64,000 nt of DNA from IMG/VR virus record IMGVR_UViG_3300003323_000257, positions 69,923-133,922 of that record; one strand, 5' to 3'. Under the pieces are notes generated by a model. That model saw only the letters and a list, made by a program, of their open reading frames with translations, made no database searches and was not told the DNA's origin. The stretch is from a virus. This document shows positions 29,301-38,890 of the stretch, piece by piece; within the stretch, counting starts at the first letter, position 1, and the number at the start of each line of letters is the position of its first letter. A program made the translations under genes and the position numbers.

Positions 29301-32300
29301 TTGTGCGTACGTTACCCCAGTAGTACCTACAGTAATCGTACCTGTATTGGTGTTCAGCCACTGTGTATGAGCATTTGCAGTACCGTTCAGAACCATTACG
29401 ATCTGATTCAGCAGTTGTGCTCCTGTAGCTGCGTCGGTTGCACGAGTCCAGGCGCCTGAAGCCACTACATAGATACCATTCTGGGCCGAAGTACTTTGAT
29501 CCTTGGCAAGTACGCGATCTCCAACCTGAGCGGCATAACCGTCGATTGTTTGCGTGCCGCTCAGAGTCAGGTCCGCTGTAGACGCTACTTGCACCACTTG
29601 TTTCCAAGATACTGCATTCAACGTAGCAGTGTCGCCTGCGTCCGTGTACGACTTATTAGACACATCAGTGTTACCTGAAGGATTTGGCACGCCTGTCACG
29701 GTAGCGCCACCAGTCATGACGATATTACCGGTCATTGTGCCGCCAGCCAGTGCCAGGGCGTCAGTGATGCCGAAGCCAGCTAACGTCGTTGGATTCGTAC
29801 CGTTGGTAACACGACCTTTAGCATCTACGGTTACAGACTTGTAAGTACCTGCAGTCACTCCAGAAGCTGCCAGAGTCAGAGCAATAGCAGTAGTACCGCT
29901 ACCTGTAGCATCTCCGGAAACAGTGATGTTCTGGTTAGCCGAGATATAACCACTCGGGTTAGTTGCATTGTATGGAGTGAATCCCAATGCAGTAGTAACA
30001 TCCGACGAATTCAGGGACGCACCAGTGGTTACTTGGCCTTGAGCATTTACAGTCACCTTGGTGTAGGTACCAGTTGTAACGCCGGTGTTGGTGATCGAGA
30101 ACTGATTTGAGGTCAGAGTCAGACCGGTACCAGCGGTATAAGGAGTGCTTGCGCCCTGCAATTCAGTGTAGGAGATTGGATCGGTATCTACAACAGGCTG
30201 AGTCGAATTGGTGTTCACCCACTGCGTCAGTTGCTGAGTTGTTCCGTTAAGCACCAGAATTGCCATGCCTTGGATTTCTACACCAGTATCAACATCAGTG
30301 GCTCGCGACCACGCACCTGCAGCCGCAACATAAACACCGTTTTCAACAGGGTTTGTCTGATTCTTCACCAGAACACGATCACCTGATTGTACAGCATAAC
30401 CATCAATGGTTTGCAGGCCACTCAGAGTAATATCTGCCGTAGTTGCAACCTGGGCGTTAGCTTTCCACGAAATGCCATTCGACAGACTTGCGATTTGCGA
30501 CTGTACCCACGACATTGAGGCGGCATCTCCTGGATTAACCGGAGTAGGAACACCTGTAACAGTAGCACCGCTGGTCAGTGTGATATTGCCTGATACCGAA
30601 CCGCCTGTATTAGCCAGAGCATTGGTGATGCCATAACCGGCCAGTGTAGTGGGGTTAGCACCTGTAGTCACTCGGCCTTTGGCATCCACAGTAACCTGCG
30701 TATAAGTACCTGCAGAAACGCCACTGTTGGCCAGCGTAAGGGCAATCGAGGTCGAACCTGTGCCAGAAGCATCACCAGAAACAGTGATCACTTGGTTGGC
30801 AGTAAGGAAGCCGTTAGGATTGGTGCCACCGTTATACGGAGTGTATCCCAGAGCAGTGGTAACGTCCGAGGAATTCAGTGATGCACCTACAGTCACACGG
30901 CCTTTGGTGTCCACCGTTACTTTGGTGTATGTGCCTGCAGAAACGCCACTGTTGGCCAGCGTCAACGCGATAGCTGTGGTGCCACTACCTGAGGCGTCAC
31001 CAGATACCGTAATGTTTTGGTTACCTGAGATAAAGCCGCTTGGATTGGTGCCGCCATTATAAGGGATATATCCCAAGGCAGTAGTCACATCACCGGAGGC
31101 CAGAGAAGCTCCAACAGTTACACGCCCCTTCGCATCTACTGTTACTTTGGTGTAGGTACCAGCAGTCACGCCTGTGTTGGAAAGCGTAGTCGCAATGGAG
31201 CCTGTACCTGATCCGATAACATCACCAGTCAAGGTAGTGGAACCTGCCGTTGCCGACAGTATGCCAGAACCGTCTATGGAAAGGCCACTACCAACTCGAA
31301 TCACACCCAGAGTCGATGCCGACGCAATCGGTGAGCTACCTGCAGTGGCTGCAATAGTCAGAGTACCGTTGCCGTCATCGGTAATAGTAACGTTGGTGCC
31401 TGCTGCAATGTCTTTCAGTTGAGCGGCACTACCTACCTGCTGACGATACAACGAGGTAGCTACGCCTGAACCCTCAACCGATTGCAGTGCGCTGTTGATG
31501 GTGTTCATCACAGCAGTTTTGATGTCGATGTTACCATTCACATCCACTGAAATATTGGATGCGTTAGGCACAATTACACCGCCCAAACCTGTCGAAGTGG
31601 CTGGGGTCAACGGCATGTCGGCTGATGCGATGGTTACTGTGCCTAATCCATCGTCAGTAAGCGTAACATTGGTACCAGCCTTGATGGACTTCAGATTCAG
31701 AACACCGCCACCTTGGTTATTAACCAGAGAGGTACCAGTTCCTGCCGAGGTAGCTGCGCCAAATTTACCATTTATGGTAGTGATCAAGGCTGCCTTAATA
31801 TCGACATTACCCTGCACATCAACAACCAGATTCGAAGCACTAGGAACAATCACACCACCTAATACAGTAGTAGTGGCAATTGGCAGAACGTAAGGAGCCG
31901 GGGCGCCGATCAGATCCGAATATTGACCTGTCTTACCAACAGTCGATATACCGCCGATGTTGGCTGCAGTCAGCAGAACATTGCCACTGCCGTCTGGCAT
32001 CTGGCCGTTTACTGAAGTCACAGTGCCAGAACCGCCACCGCCGCCTGCAGGTGGAGTACGTACAGCGTATACGGCGTTGCCATGAACAACATTCAGGCCG
32101 CCTTGTTGTACACCATTTTTGAAGACTGTCGAACCTGTAGGTGCAGTCACATCATCGGTATGGTTACTATAAACGTTGATGGTGTCGCCTCGGATTACCG
32201 AATAGCAGACATCAGGATACGGCATGGCAAACTGCCAGTGCGTACCCAGGAAGACGTAAAGACCTTGCTTCAAATCACCAACATCGTTGAGCAGAATCGT

Positions 32301-32414
32301 TACCTCATTGTCAGGTTCCAGTGGAAGAGTGTGCACAACCTGCGCAACGTCTGGGCTGCTGGCAGAGTCCTGGTGCACTGTAACTGGATAGTAAAACACT
32401 GATTGGGTTGTCAT
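26388..32414 (-). CDS. Giant repeat-rich fibre protein (2008 aa)
   Basis: Nine GVxAGTYTKVTVDAKGRV-type repeats, two TLSGLQTIDG...GDRVL modules, five ~100-aa IGAA...TAFD...GNW modules, C-terminal adhesin-binding-type domain. Confidence 0.88.
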   Translation of the reverse strand: MTTQSVFYYPVTVHQDSASSPDVAQVVHTLPLEPDNEVTILLNDVGDLKQGLYVFLGTHWQFAMPYPDVCYSVIRGDTINVYSNHTDDVTAPTGSTVFKNGVQQGGLNVVHGNAVYAVRTPPAGGGGGSGTVTSVNGQMPDGSGNVLLTAANIGGISTVGKTGQYSDLIGAPAPYVLPIATTTVLGGVIVPSASNLVVDVQGNVDIKAALITTINGKFGAATSAGTGTSLVNNQGGGVLNLKSIKAGTNVTLTDDGLGTVTIASADMPLTPATSTGLGGVIVPNASNISVDVNGNIDIKTAVMNTINSALQSVEGSGVATSLYRQQVGSAAQLKDIAAGTNVTITDDGNGTLTIAATAGSSPIASASTLGVIRVGSGLSIDGSGILSATAGSTTLTGDVIGSGTGSIATTLSNTGVTAGTYTKVTVDAKGRVTVGASLASGDVTTALGYIPYNGGTNPSGFISGNQNITVSGDASGSGTTAIALTLANSGVSAGTYTKVTVDTKGRVTVGASLNSSDVTTALGYTPYNGGTNPNGFLTANQVITVSGDASGTGSTSIALTLANSGVSAGTYTQVTVDAKGRVTTGANPTTLAGYGITNALANTGGSVSGNITLTSGATVTGVPTPVNPGDAASMSWVQSQIASLSNGISWKANAQVATTADITLSGLQTIDGYAVQSGDRVLVKNQTNPVENGVYVAAAGAWSRATDVDTGVEIQGMAILVLNGTTQQLTQWVNTNSTQPVVDTDPISYTELQGASTPYTAGTGLTLTSNQFSITNTGVTTGTYTKVTVNAQGQVTTGASLNSSDVTTALGFTPYNATNPSGYISANQNITVSGDATGSGTTAIALTLAASGVTAGTYKSVTVDAKGRVTNGTNPTTLAGFGITDALALAGGTMTGNIVMTGGATVTGVPNPSGNTDVSNKSYTDAGDTATLNAVSWKQVVQVASTADLTLSGTQTIDGYAAQVGDRVLAKDQSTSAQNGIYVVASGAWTRATDAATGAQLLNQIVMVLNGTANAHTQWLNTNTGTITVGTTGVTYAQTSGASGSTTLTGDVTGSGTGSITTTLAASGVTAGTYTKVTVDAKGRVTVGANIASSDVTTALGFTPYDAANPSGYISANQTITLSGDATGSGSTAITVALANSGVSAGTYTKVTVDAKGRVTVGANLASGDVTTALGYTPANKAGDTFSGAVNLAPLANVTAAATTPIGAATTNTVNVLGTTTITAFDTIAGGAYRTLIFAASLTLTHNATSLILPTGANIQTAAGDVAEFVSLGSGNWKCISYNSASGQALVGAPDATKLPLAGGTMSGAINNAPTVTLASASTVNIGAAAANDISITGTTTITAFDSIASGAVRTLVFAGALTLTHNATSLILPGAANITTAAGDVAQFTSKGSGNWVCDYYTKANGQAVVGSTPYTAGTGLTLSSNQFSITNTGVSTGTFSKVTVNAQGQVTVGANIGSSDVTTALGYTPANKAGDTFSGAVNGAAAVTLASAATVNIGAAAANEITITGTTTITAFDTIASGAVRTLTFNGALTLTHNATSLILPGGASITTAAGDVAQFVSLGGGNWRCEFYTKANGQAVVSSSAVTSVFGQTGAVPNLSGDVTTSGSSATTLAASGVTAGTYTKVTVDAKGRVTVGANLASGDVTTALGYTPVNKAGDSMSGNLNWAATINVGAAATTNIGAANSNVINITGSTTITAFDTAPDGAVKTLNFIGAPLLTYNASTLLLPGAANIQTATNDQATFVSKGSGVWVCIAYSRANGQAFVGTPDATKLPLAGGTMSGALNNAPIATLASAATVNIGAAAANDISISGTTTITAFDTIASGARRKLTFQGALTLTHNGTSLILPGAANITTAAGDVAQFTSLGSGNWRCDFYTKANGQAVSGNSSGATLTNPTITNFTESGSSPAAGSAGTVDLTQGTDWEFTTNANFTATLPTPAAGKSFTLTINYGGAHTLTFAGGTVRWANGTVPTATSTNGKADVYIFKSNRAGTAWLGNDGGRNY

Positions 32415-32446
32415 AACTGGACCTTTACTCTAAAAAGGATTGAAAA

Positions 32447-32455
32447 CTAAAATTG
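32447..32455 (-). promoter_or_regulatory. Class-1 motif CAATTTTAG
   Basis: Upstream of the 2008-aa fibre. Confidence 0.55.
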
Positions 32456-32464
32456 ATCATTTTG

Positions 32465-33349
32465 CTAGATCGTAACCCCAGTAATGCCATTAGAAACACC
32501 GACGCCGCTGCCAATGTTCGTGGCAAAGGTTGCAGAGCCACCTGTTATGGCATCATTGGAATACTGGTAGACATTGGTTGCCGTTCCCACGGTGAATACG
32601 CCTACTGTGTCGTTGCCGCATCCACACCCACCTGTGTTACTGAGGGCCAAACCGGAAACTATTGCTGTTGTTTCTCCGGCATATACATATTTCTGCATCA
32701 AGTTTGTACCGGTGCTGGACTGAGCAAATACTCCAAGATTTGCGTTACCTGCACTCATACCGATGGAATAAAATCCAGTTTGTGTTTGGAACGAAGTTCC
32801 TGCAGTTACCGAACCGCCTGACCATGTGTACTTGTTAGTGGTCTTAGTACCATTACCTACACCTACGATTGCATAGGTTGTATTAGCTGTGGTACCGCCT
32901 CGGAGTTCATTATTTATGACCGAAACTACTGATGAAGTCGAGGATGCATGTGTATATATTATGGCGTTTGGTGTATTACCTCCGCACATTATCAAACCTG
33001 TGGCAGCAGTACTAGCTCCTGCGCTGCTGTTAACCACCGTAGACGCCAAAGCAGCTCCTGCTATGGACGTAGACGAAGGGAACTGCCATTTGGAACTATT
33101 GGCAGTACTGGCTGCCAGTGCAATAACACCAGTACTTGAATTAGATAAACCTGCACCGTATGAACCAAGTTGAGATGACAGATTACTGGAAGTAGCAACT
33201 GCATTGTTTGAAAAATTGTAGAGTACAGTGGTGGTTGTGGCTGCGGGTTTGGCAAACAAACCTTGCGTTCCTACTGGAAGCTTTGTTGCCTTTAAGAACT
33301 GACCAAAACCCGTGGCACTCATTATGCCTCGTGACGCTATGATTGGCAT
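32465..33349 (-). CDS. Putative fibre-tip adhesin, beta-propeller-like repeats
   Basis: N-terminal MPIIASRGIMSATGFG; ~45-aa KYxY...G repeats; paralog of 41996-42877. Confidence 0.6.
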   Translation of the reverse strand: MPIIASRGIMSATGFGQFLKATKLPVGTQGLFAKPAATTTTVLYNFSNNAVATSSNLSSQLGSYGAGLSNSSTGVIALAASTANSSKWQFPSSTSIAGAALASTVVNSSAGASTAATGLIMCGGNTPNAIIYTHASSTSSVVSVINNELRGGTTANTTYAIVGVGNGTKTTNKYTWSGGSVTAGTSFQTQTGFYSIGMSAGNANLGVFAQSSTGTNLMQKYVYAGETTAIVSGLALSNTGGCGCGNDTVGVFTVGTATNVYQYSNDAITGGSATFATNIGSGVGVSNGITGVTI

Positions 33350-33395
33350 CTTGATTCCTTTGTGAAGGGAGGGTCTCCGAAAAGACCCTTTACGC

Positions 33396-36300
33396 TTATT
33401 TGTACTGAGACTGAGCAGCCAATACGGTGTAGGTACCTGACGCTGTTTTGATTATGGTGTAGGTATACGCATCGATACTATTCGCGTTGCCTGCTGCAGG
33501 AGCTCCGTTACCACCTAACCACCTTTGGGCTACCGCTGATCCGTCAATCTGGAAAGAGGTAGGAGCAAATGGTGTTCCGCCCTGTGTAGCTGCGATTACG
33601 ACTGTCAAGGCGTCTCCAATCGACATAATGCTATTCAGAGTTACCCCTGCAGCCCATTGAATGTTAGGCACCCAGTTAGCAGTAGCTGCGCCAGTGTACA
33701 ATGTGACAGCACCGCTTGATACGTTAATGGTAGCCGCAGCAGGAACACCGCTACCAACCACATTCACTAACTCTGCTACATCAGTGAACTTAGCAGCTAT
33801 TGCTCCGGTGGAGCCATTGAATATCTGAGTTGTGGTAAACGGAGAACCAGTGGAAAGAGCGCTGCCATTAGCACGCTGATACCACAGGCACCGCCAGTTA
33901 CCGCTGCCAAGGGATTCGAATTCAGCTGAATCTCCAACGGCTGCATTGATGGATGCTGATGTTGGCAGAATCAGAGCAGTCGGGTTGTACTGCAGCGTCA
34001 GACTACTTCCAAATACCACAGTACGGCAGGTACCTGCTGCCACGCTATCGAATGCTGTGATAGTGCCGGCACCTGAGATCGTGACATTATTGGAATTGGC
34101 AGCTCCAATGTTTACCGTACTTGCGGTAGTTAAAGCAACAGCGGCAGCAAAGTTCACTGCACCTGTCATCGTGCCACCAGCCAACGGCAGCTTGGTAGCG
34201 TCTGGAACTGCTACCAATGGTTGACCTGTTGCCCTCGTGTAGAAGTCGCAACGCCAGTTGTTCGAACCTAGCGAAGTGAATTCTGCCACGTCTCCTGCAG
34301 CTGTGGTAATGTTGGCCCCAGTTGGCAGGATCAGATTGCTGCTGTTGGTCAATGTCAACGCACCAGCAAATGTTAGTTTACGAACTGCACCAGCAGCGAT
34401 GGTATCAAATGCATTAATGGTTGTTGTGCCAAGAATCGTCAGATCGTTGGCATTGGCCGCGCCAATTGGCGTGGTTGCAGCAGCCGTCAGAATAACTTGA
34501 GGAGCACCGTTGATAGCACCGCTCATCGTACCACCTGCCAACGGCAGTTTGGTGTTATCCGTTGCTGGCGCCAAAGGTTGACCATTAGCTCGCTGGTAGC
34601 TTATGCAACGCCAATTGCCTCCACCTAAGGATTCAAACGTTGCTGTATCACCTGCTGCCGTGGTGATATTAGCTGCAGTAGGCAGAATCAGAGAGGTTGC
34701 GTTGTAGGTCAGTGTCAACACACCGTTAAATGTTACATCACGAGTCGCACCGCTTGCAATGGTGTCGAACGCTGTGATGGTGGTTGTACCAGAGATGATA
34801 ACTGCATTCGAACCGGCTGCACCAATTGGCGTGGTTGCTGCTGAGGACACAGTAACAAGAGGTGCCCAATTAAGCGCACCAGCCATTGTGTCTCCAGCCT
34901 TGTTCACAGGAGTGAACCCGAGTGCAGACAGAATCTGTGCTTGAGAAATCGAACCGCCTACAGTTACACGGCCTTTAGCATCCACCGTCACGGAGGTGTA
35001 AGTACCAGCAGTAACTCCACTATTGGCCAGCGTTAAAGCTATGGAACCACTTGCGCCAGATACAACTGCGGTGCCTGTTGCATCTCCAGTTGCGGTCAAT
35101 CCACCGATGAATCCGCTTGGGTTGGTAGTACCGTTATACGGCGTGTAGCCTAACGCCGTATTTATGTCTGAGGCGCTAAGGTTGGTGCCTGCAATTACCT
35201 GACCCTGTGCATTCACAGTCACCTTGGTGTAAGTGCCTGCGGCAACTCCAGTATTAGCAATGCTAACAGTTAGGCCAGAAATCTGGATACCTGCACCTGC
35301 CGTGTACACGTTTGCTGCCCCGCGGAGCTGGCCCCATGTAATAGGATCGGTACCAACAACCGGCTGAGTCGAATTGGTGTTGGTCCATTGTTCCAGTGCT
35401 TGCGTAGTTCCGTTGAGAATCAACACTGCGGCATGGAAGATTTCAGCACCAGTGTCGGTGTCAGTGGCACGAGTCCACGAACTGGACGATGCTACGTACA
35501 CACCGTTTTCAATCGGATTGGTTTGGTTTTTAACCAGAACGCGATCACCTGATTGCACGGCATAGCCATCAGTGGTTTGAAGTCCGGAGAGCGTCACGTT
35601 CGCAGTAGTCGCTGCCTGGACAGAAGTCTTCCAGAATACACCATTGGCTGCTGCTGCAAGTGCGGCGTCCAGGCTTTGTTTGTTCACCGAATCCAACGGA
35701 TTAACCGGATCAGGAATACCAGTCACGGTGGAGCCTGAAGACATCGTGATGTTGCCGGTCATTGTACCGCCAACCAAAGGCAGTGCATCGGTAATGCCAA
35801 ATCCTGCCAACGTTGTTGGATTTGTTCCTGCGGTCACACGACCTTTGGTGTCCACCGTCACTGATTTGTAAGTGCCCGGAGTTACTCCTGTAGCAGACAA
35901 CACAGTAGGAACGGTACCTGTGCCACTACCAGTAACATCTCCTGTCAGTGTAACTGTTCCACTACCACCTCCAGTGGAAGCGATCACCAGTCCGTTGTTA
36001 CCATCGTCAGAAATCATGATGTTAGTGCCGGCTACCAGTGAACGCATATTTGCGTTACCACCGCCTTGCGAGGCAATCAGTGAAGAGCCAACACCGAGAG
36101 AAGTTAAAGTTCCGATCTTACCATTGATCAGCCCCATGGTGGCCGAACTTAAATCAATATTACCTTGGCCATCTACGGAAATGTGTGAGGTAAGAGGCAC
36201 CATAACTCCACCCAACACGGTTGCCGTAGCAATTGGCAACACGTAAGGATCGGGAGCACCAATCAGATCAGAGTACAGGCCAGTCTTACCAACAGTCGAT

Positions 36301-36758
36301 ATACCTGGTATATCATTGGCTGTCAGCGCGATGTTACCATTCACGTCAGGACCGATATTGTTGACGAACTTGACCTCGCTTAAAGCCGCCCCAGAAGGAT
36401 AGCGTACAGCATAAACCGCTGCAGCCGGTTCGATGTCATGACCAACCTGCAGCTGGCCATTGCGATAAACAATAGACGTTGGTCCTAGTGTTTGAGACCC
36501 GGTAATGTTTATGTAGACTGCACTGGTGTCACCACCAACAACGATGGCACTCACTGCCTCTATAGGCATGGCATAGCGCCACGTCTGAGTGTCATCATAT
36601 ACATACATACCGGCCACGAACGTACCTACTGGAGCATCCAGAATTACAGCACGGCTGGATGTAGGCACTATAGGCAGTGCGTCTACGTAAGGAATGAGAA
36701 TAGGTCCGGAGTTTGGACCATCGTACAGAGTTGACTGTATGAAGAGAGGAGTAGCCAT
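33396..36758 (-). CDS. Second repeat-rich fibre protein (1120 aa)
   Basis: Same module types as the 2008-aa fibre (3 + 1 + 3 copies) and a homologous N-terminal domain. Confidence 0.85.
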   Translation of the reverse strand: MATPLFIQSTLYDGPNSGPILIPYVDALPIVPTSSRAVILDAPVGTFVAGMYVYDDTQTWRYAMPIEAVSAIVVGGDTSAVYINITGSQTLGPTSIVYRNGQLQVGHDIEPAAAVYAVRYPSGAALSEVKFVNNIGPDVNGNIALTANDIPGISTVGKTGLYSDLIGAPDPYVLPIATATVLGGVMVPLTSHISVDGQGNIDLSSATMGLINGKIGTLTSLGVGSSLIASQGGGNANMRSLVAGTNIMISDDGNNGLVIASTGGGSGTVTLTGDVTGSGTGTVPTVLSATGVTPGTYKSVTVDTKGRVTAGTNPTTLAGFGITDALPLVGGTMTGNITMSSGSTVTGIPDPVNPLDSVNKQSLDAALAAAANGVFWKTSVQAATTANVTLSGLQTTDGYAVQSGDRVLVKNQTNPIENGVYVASSSSWTRATDTDTGAEIFHAAVLILNGTTQALEQWTNTNSTQPVVGTDPITWGQLRGAANVYTAGAGIQISGLTVSIANTGVAAGTYTKVTVNAQGQVIAGTNLSASDINTALGYTPYNGTTNPSGFIGGLTATGDATGTAVVSGASGSIALTLANSGVTAGTYTSVTVDAKGRVTVGGSISQAQILSALGFTPVNKAGDTMAGALNWAPLVTVSSAATTPIGAAGSNAVIISGTTTITAFDTIASGATRDVTFNGVLTLTYNATSLILPTAANITTAAGDTATFESLGGGNWRCISYQRANGQPLAPATDNTKLPLAGGTMSGAINGAPQVILTAAATTPIGAANANDLTILGTTTINAFDTIAAGAVRKLTFAGALTLTNSSNLILPTGANITTAAGDVAEFTSLGSNNWRCDFYTRATGQPLVAVPDATKLPLAGGTMTGAVNFAAAVALTTASTVNIGAANSNNVTISGAGTITAFDSVAAGTCRTVVFGSSLTLQYNPTALILPTSASINAAVGDSAEFESLGSGNWRCLWYQRANGSALSTGSPFTTTQIFNGSTGAIAAKFTDVAELVNVVGSGVPAAATINVSSGAVTLYTGAATANWVPNIQWAAGVTLNSIMSIGDALTVVIAATQGGTPFAPTSFQIDGSAVAQRWLGGNGAPAAGNANSIDAYTYTIIKTASGTYTVLAAQSQYK

Positions 36759-36769
36759 GATTTCCTTTG

Positions 36770-37144
36770 TTAGCTGACGAACCAGCGAGTTTGCGAATGA
36801 ATATACTGTATGGTTATAGATTGGTTTGCTACAAGCGAATTAGGCAAACCTGTTACTGTGGCCCCGCTACTAGACCATGTAACCGCCGCTCTATTTGTTG
36901 TAGAAGAAAACGTAAGCAATAATCCGTCTATTGATGCAGATGCAGCAGGCAGCGTTACAGCTAAACCTGCTCCAGACGTTCCATTAAGGAAGTGATACCG
37001 AGTTGATGCTGTTACTGCGGTAACAGTACCAGTAAAAACTGTTCTTGATAGATTGGATATCATACCTTCTATCAAATAGTCGGTGAGCGAATTTTCCGTT
37101 ATAGTGCCACTCACATTCACTAAAGGGCGTCGTGGTGCTACCAT
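36770..37144 (-). CDS. Small virion-associated protein, tandem paralog 1
   Basis: RRPLVNVSG...LP...ANQS.TI.Y.HSQTRWFVS shared with the next gene. Confidence 0.75.
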   Translation of the reverse strand: MVAPRRPLVNVSGTITENSLTDYLIEGMISNLSRTVFTGTVTAVTASTRYHFLNGTSGAGLAVTLPAASASIDGLLLTFSSTTNRAAVTWSSSGATVTGLPNSLVANQSITIQYIHSQTRWFVS

Positions 37145-37162
37145 TTTTTTGATTTTGATGAA

Positions 37163-37540
37163 TTAACTAACGAACCATCTTGTTTGTGAATGCACGTATT
37201 TTATGGTGACTGATTGGTTTGCAGTTAACGACCCAGGAAGCCCGGTCACCGTACCTCCGCTTGAAGACCACGATGTTAATGCTCTGCCAGCAGTAGAGGT
37301 AATGGTCATAAGTTGACCATCTATTGAATCTGAAGCGGCAGGAAGAGTGATGGCTAAGCTCAGTCCTGCCGTACCAGTCATAAACGTGTAACGCGTTGTT
37401 AGTGTTATGGCTGTTACGCCGTTGGCTGTATTAATCGTATCGGATAAATTGGACTCCATTCCTTTGGTTACATTGTCCGTGAGCGCAACCTCTGTAATAA
37501 CGCCGCTCACGTTGACTAAAGGGCGGCGTTGTTGTCCCAT
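37163..37540 (-). CDS. Small virion-associated protein, tandem paralog 2
   Basis: Clear paralog of 36770-37144. Confidence 0.75.
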   Translation of the reverse strand: MGQQRRPLVNVSGVITEVALTDNVTKGMESNLSDTINTANGVTAITLTTRYTFMTGTAGLSLAITLPAASDSIDGQLMTITSTAGRALTSWSSSGGTVTGLPGSLTANQSVTIKYVHSQTRWFVS

Positions 37541-37543
37541 GAT

Positions 37544-38152
37544 TTACGCCAACACGATTGTTTGGAACGGTGCGAACTTGATTGAGGTGGAGCTGGTAGC
37601 TACACCAACTTGCTGCACAACTTGACCACTTCCAGAAGGAGCTGTTCCCTGCGTACCGCCAGGAGTGGTTACACTCAGATAACGATCACCTGCAGTCAGA
37701 CCAGTTAAGTGGGTATTGGAGCCTTCCAGATAGACCAGAGCAGTACCTGCGGAGGCCACCGCAGCCAGAACGAAACCGTGTGCTTCTTTGCCAGTTACGG
37801 AAGCATCAGCTTTCCGCACATTAGGAGTACCTGCGTTATTCCAGATGTTTACGAAATCACCGTCGGCAAGTGCTTCGGAAGCCACTACCGAAGCAGTCTC
37901 AGGAACTACGCCTACTGGCATCGTCGATTGATCGAGGCGGCCGGTACCATCCAGAATCGGAGTCTGACCTGCAGATGGATTGCCAGTAGAAACCACAGTA
38001 CCATTCAGAATCGTGGTATCCAGAACGCCGGAAGCATTTAACGCCGGAATCTTATTAGCATCCGCTGAACCTGCAGTTGTGGTTAGTGCGGCTTCTTCAG
38101 TCAAAGTTCCGCTAACTTGTTTGATGAACTTTTTGGTCGACAAAGTGCCCAT
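37544..38152 (-). CDS. Virion protein with capsid-cement/decoration-like (DUF2190-like) C-terminal domain
   Basis: ASEALADGDFV...VRKADA...AHGFV...GLTAGDRYL...VQQVGVA pattern; GGAG SD. Confidence 0.55.
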   Translation of the reverse strand: MGTLSTKKFIKQVSGTLTEEAALTTTAGSADANKIPALNASGVLDTTILNGTVVSTGNPSAGQTPILDGTGRLDQSTMPVGVVPETASVVASEALADGDFVNIWNNAGTPNVRKADASVTGKEAHGFVLAAVASAGTALVYLEGSNTHLTGLTAGDRYLSVTTPGGTQGTAPSGSGQVVQQVGVATSSTSIKFAPFQTIVLA

Positions 38153-38161
38153 TTAATTCTC

Positions 38162-38881
38162 CTAGGTAAGAATGATTGGTTGCTTCAATAAAATCAAGAT
38201 AGTCGTCGCATCTATAGCTATGCCAACTATCAAGCTATATCCTGCTGAGGGTTCGGTTTGTGTTAGCAAACCATTGATTCCATTGAACACGGGACCCTCT
38301 ACCCAGTTCCAACTCGGCTCGGTTATTTCGCCTTCCGCTTGAATCTTAATCGGTTGACCTTGTGCAGCAGCGCCAACGGTTAAACCTACTACTGTATTGG
38401 CGTCTGCTGCATTATCTGAAGAAGCATAGTCCGCTCCACCAAACACTGCTTTGACAACTCGATGACCGCTAAGGTCCCTTAAAGCAGGGAGCCATATTGA
38501 TGTACCGCCCTGCGATTGTGGTTCGATCACGCAGAATATTGATCGTCCTTCTAGCAGGATACTGTTGAATAAAATTCCGTTTTTGAAAACAGTTGCGGTT
38601 GGACTTACGTCAATCGGCGTGTCTAGTCCAAGATAGATATCAACTGTTGCCCCCTTTATTAGGATCTCTGTTAAGATAGGCTGGGGCATAGCGAATCGCC
38701 AGCAAAGACCATCCAACACGTAGAGGCCTTGCTTGAGAGATCCTAAAGTGGCAATCTGAACATACGCTCCGAGTCCTATATCTATGGACGGGCTAACTGG
38801 TAGCATTGGGGCGTACGTCAGATTCTCCACCTCACCTTTGTGTATGTTGACTGGCAAATACAGAAGTGATTCGGGAGCCAT
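38162..38881 (-). CDS. Adaptor-like protein: fibre N-terminal domain fused to a cement-like domain
   Basis: N-terminal 120 aa align with the N-termini of both large fibres (GxLKQGLYV...WxFAMP...TVFKNG); C-terminal half resembles the C-terminus of 37544-38152. Confidence 0.6.
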   Translation of the reverse strand: MAPESLLYLPVNIHKGEVENLTYAPMLPVSPSIDIGLGAYVQIATLGSLKQGLYVLDGLCWRFAMPQPILTEILIKGATVDIYLGLDTPIDVSPTATVFKNGILFNSILLEGRSIFCVIEPQSQGGTSIWLPALRDLSGHRVVKAVFGGADYASSDNAADANTVVGLTVGAAAQGQPIKIQAEGEITEPSWNWVEGPVFNGINGLLTQTEPSAGYSLIVGIAIDATTILILLKQPIILT

Positions 38882-38890
38882 TGTGCCTCC

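Larger units (their letters stand above)
26700..36330 (-). repeat. Dispersed coding repeats within and between the two giant fibre genes
   Basis: Protein module repeats; exact nucleotide matches include GTCTTACCAACAGTCGATATACC (31930-31952 = 36283-36305) and GGCTGAGTCGAATTGGTGTT (30196-30215 = 35362-35381). Confidence 0.9.

Noticed and set aside
33370-33389. UUCG-capped hairpin as a terminator for the 1120-aa fibre gene
   Set aside because: No U-tract on the coding (-) strand; more likely a stabilising or processing hairpin, and not supported enough to list.
36770-37540. Diversity-generating retroelement VR/TR pair
   Set aside because: Both copies are intact ORFs, differences involve all bases rather than adenines only, and no reverse transcriptase is present.
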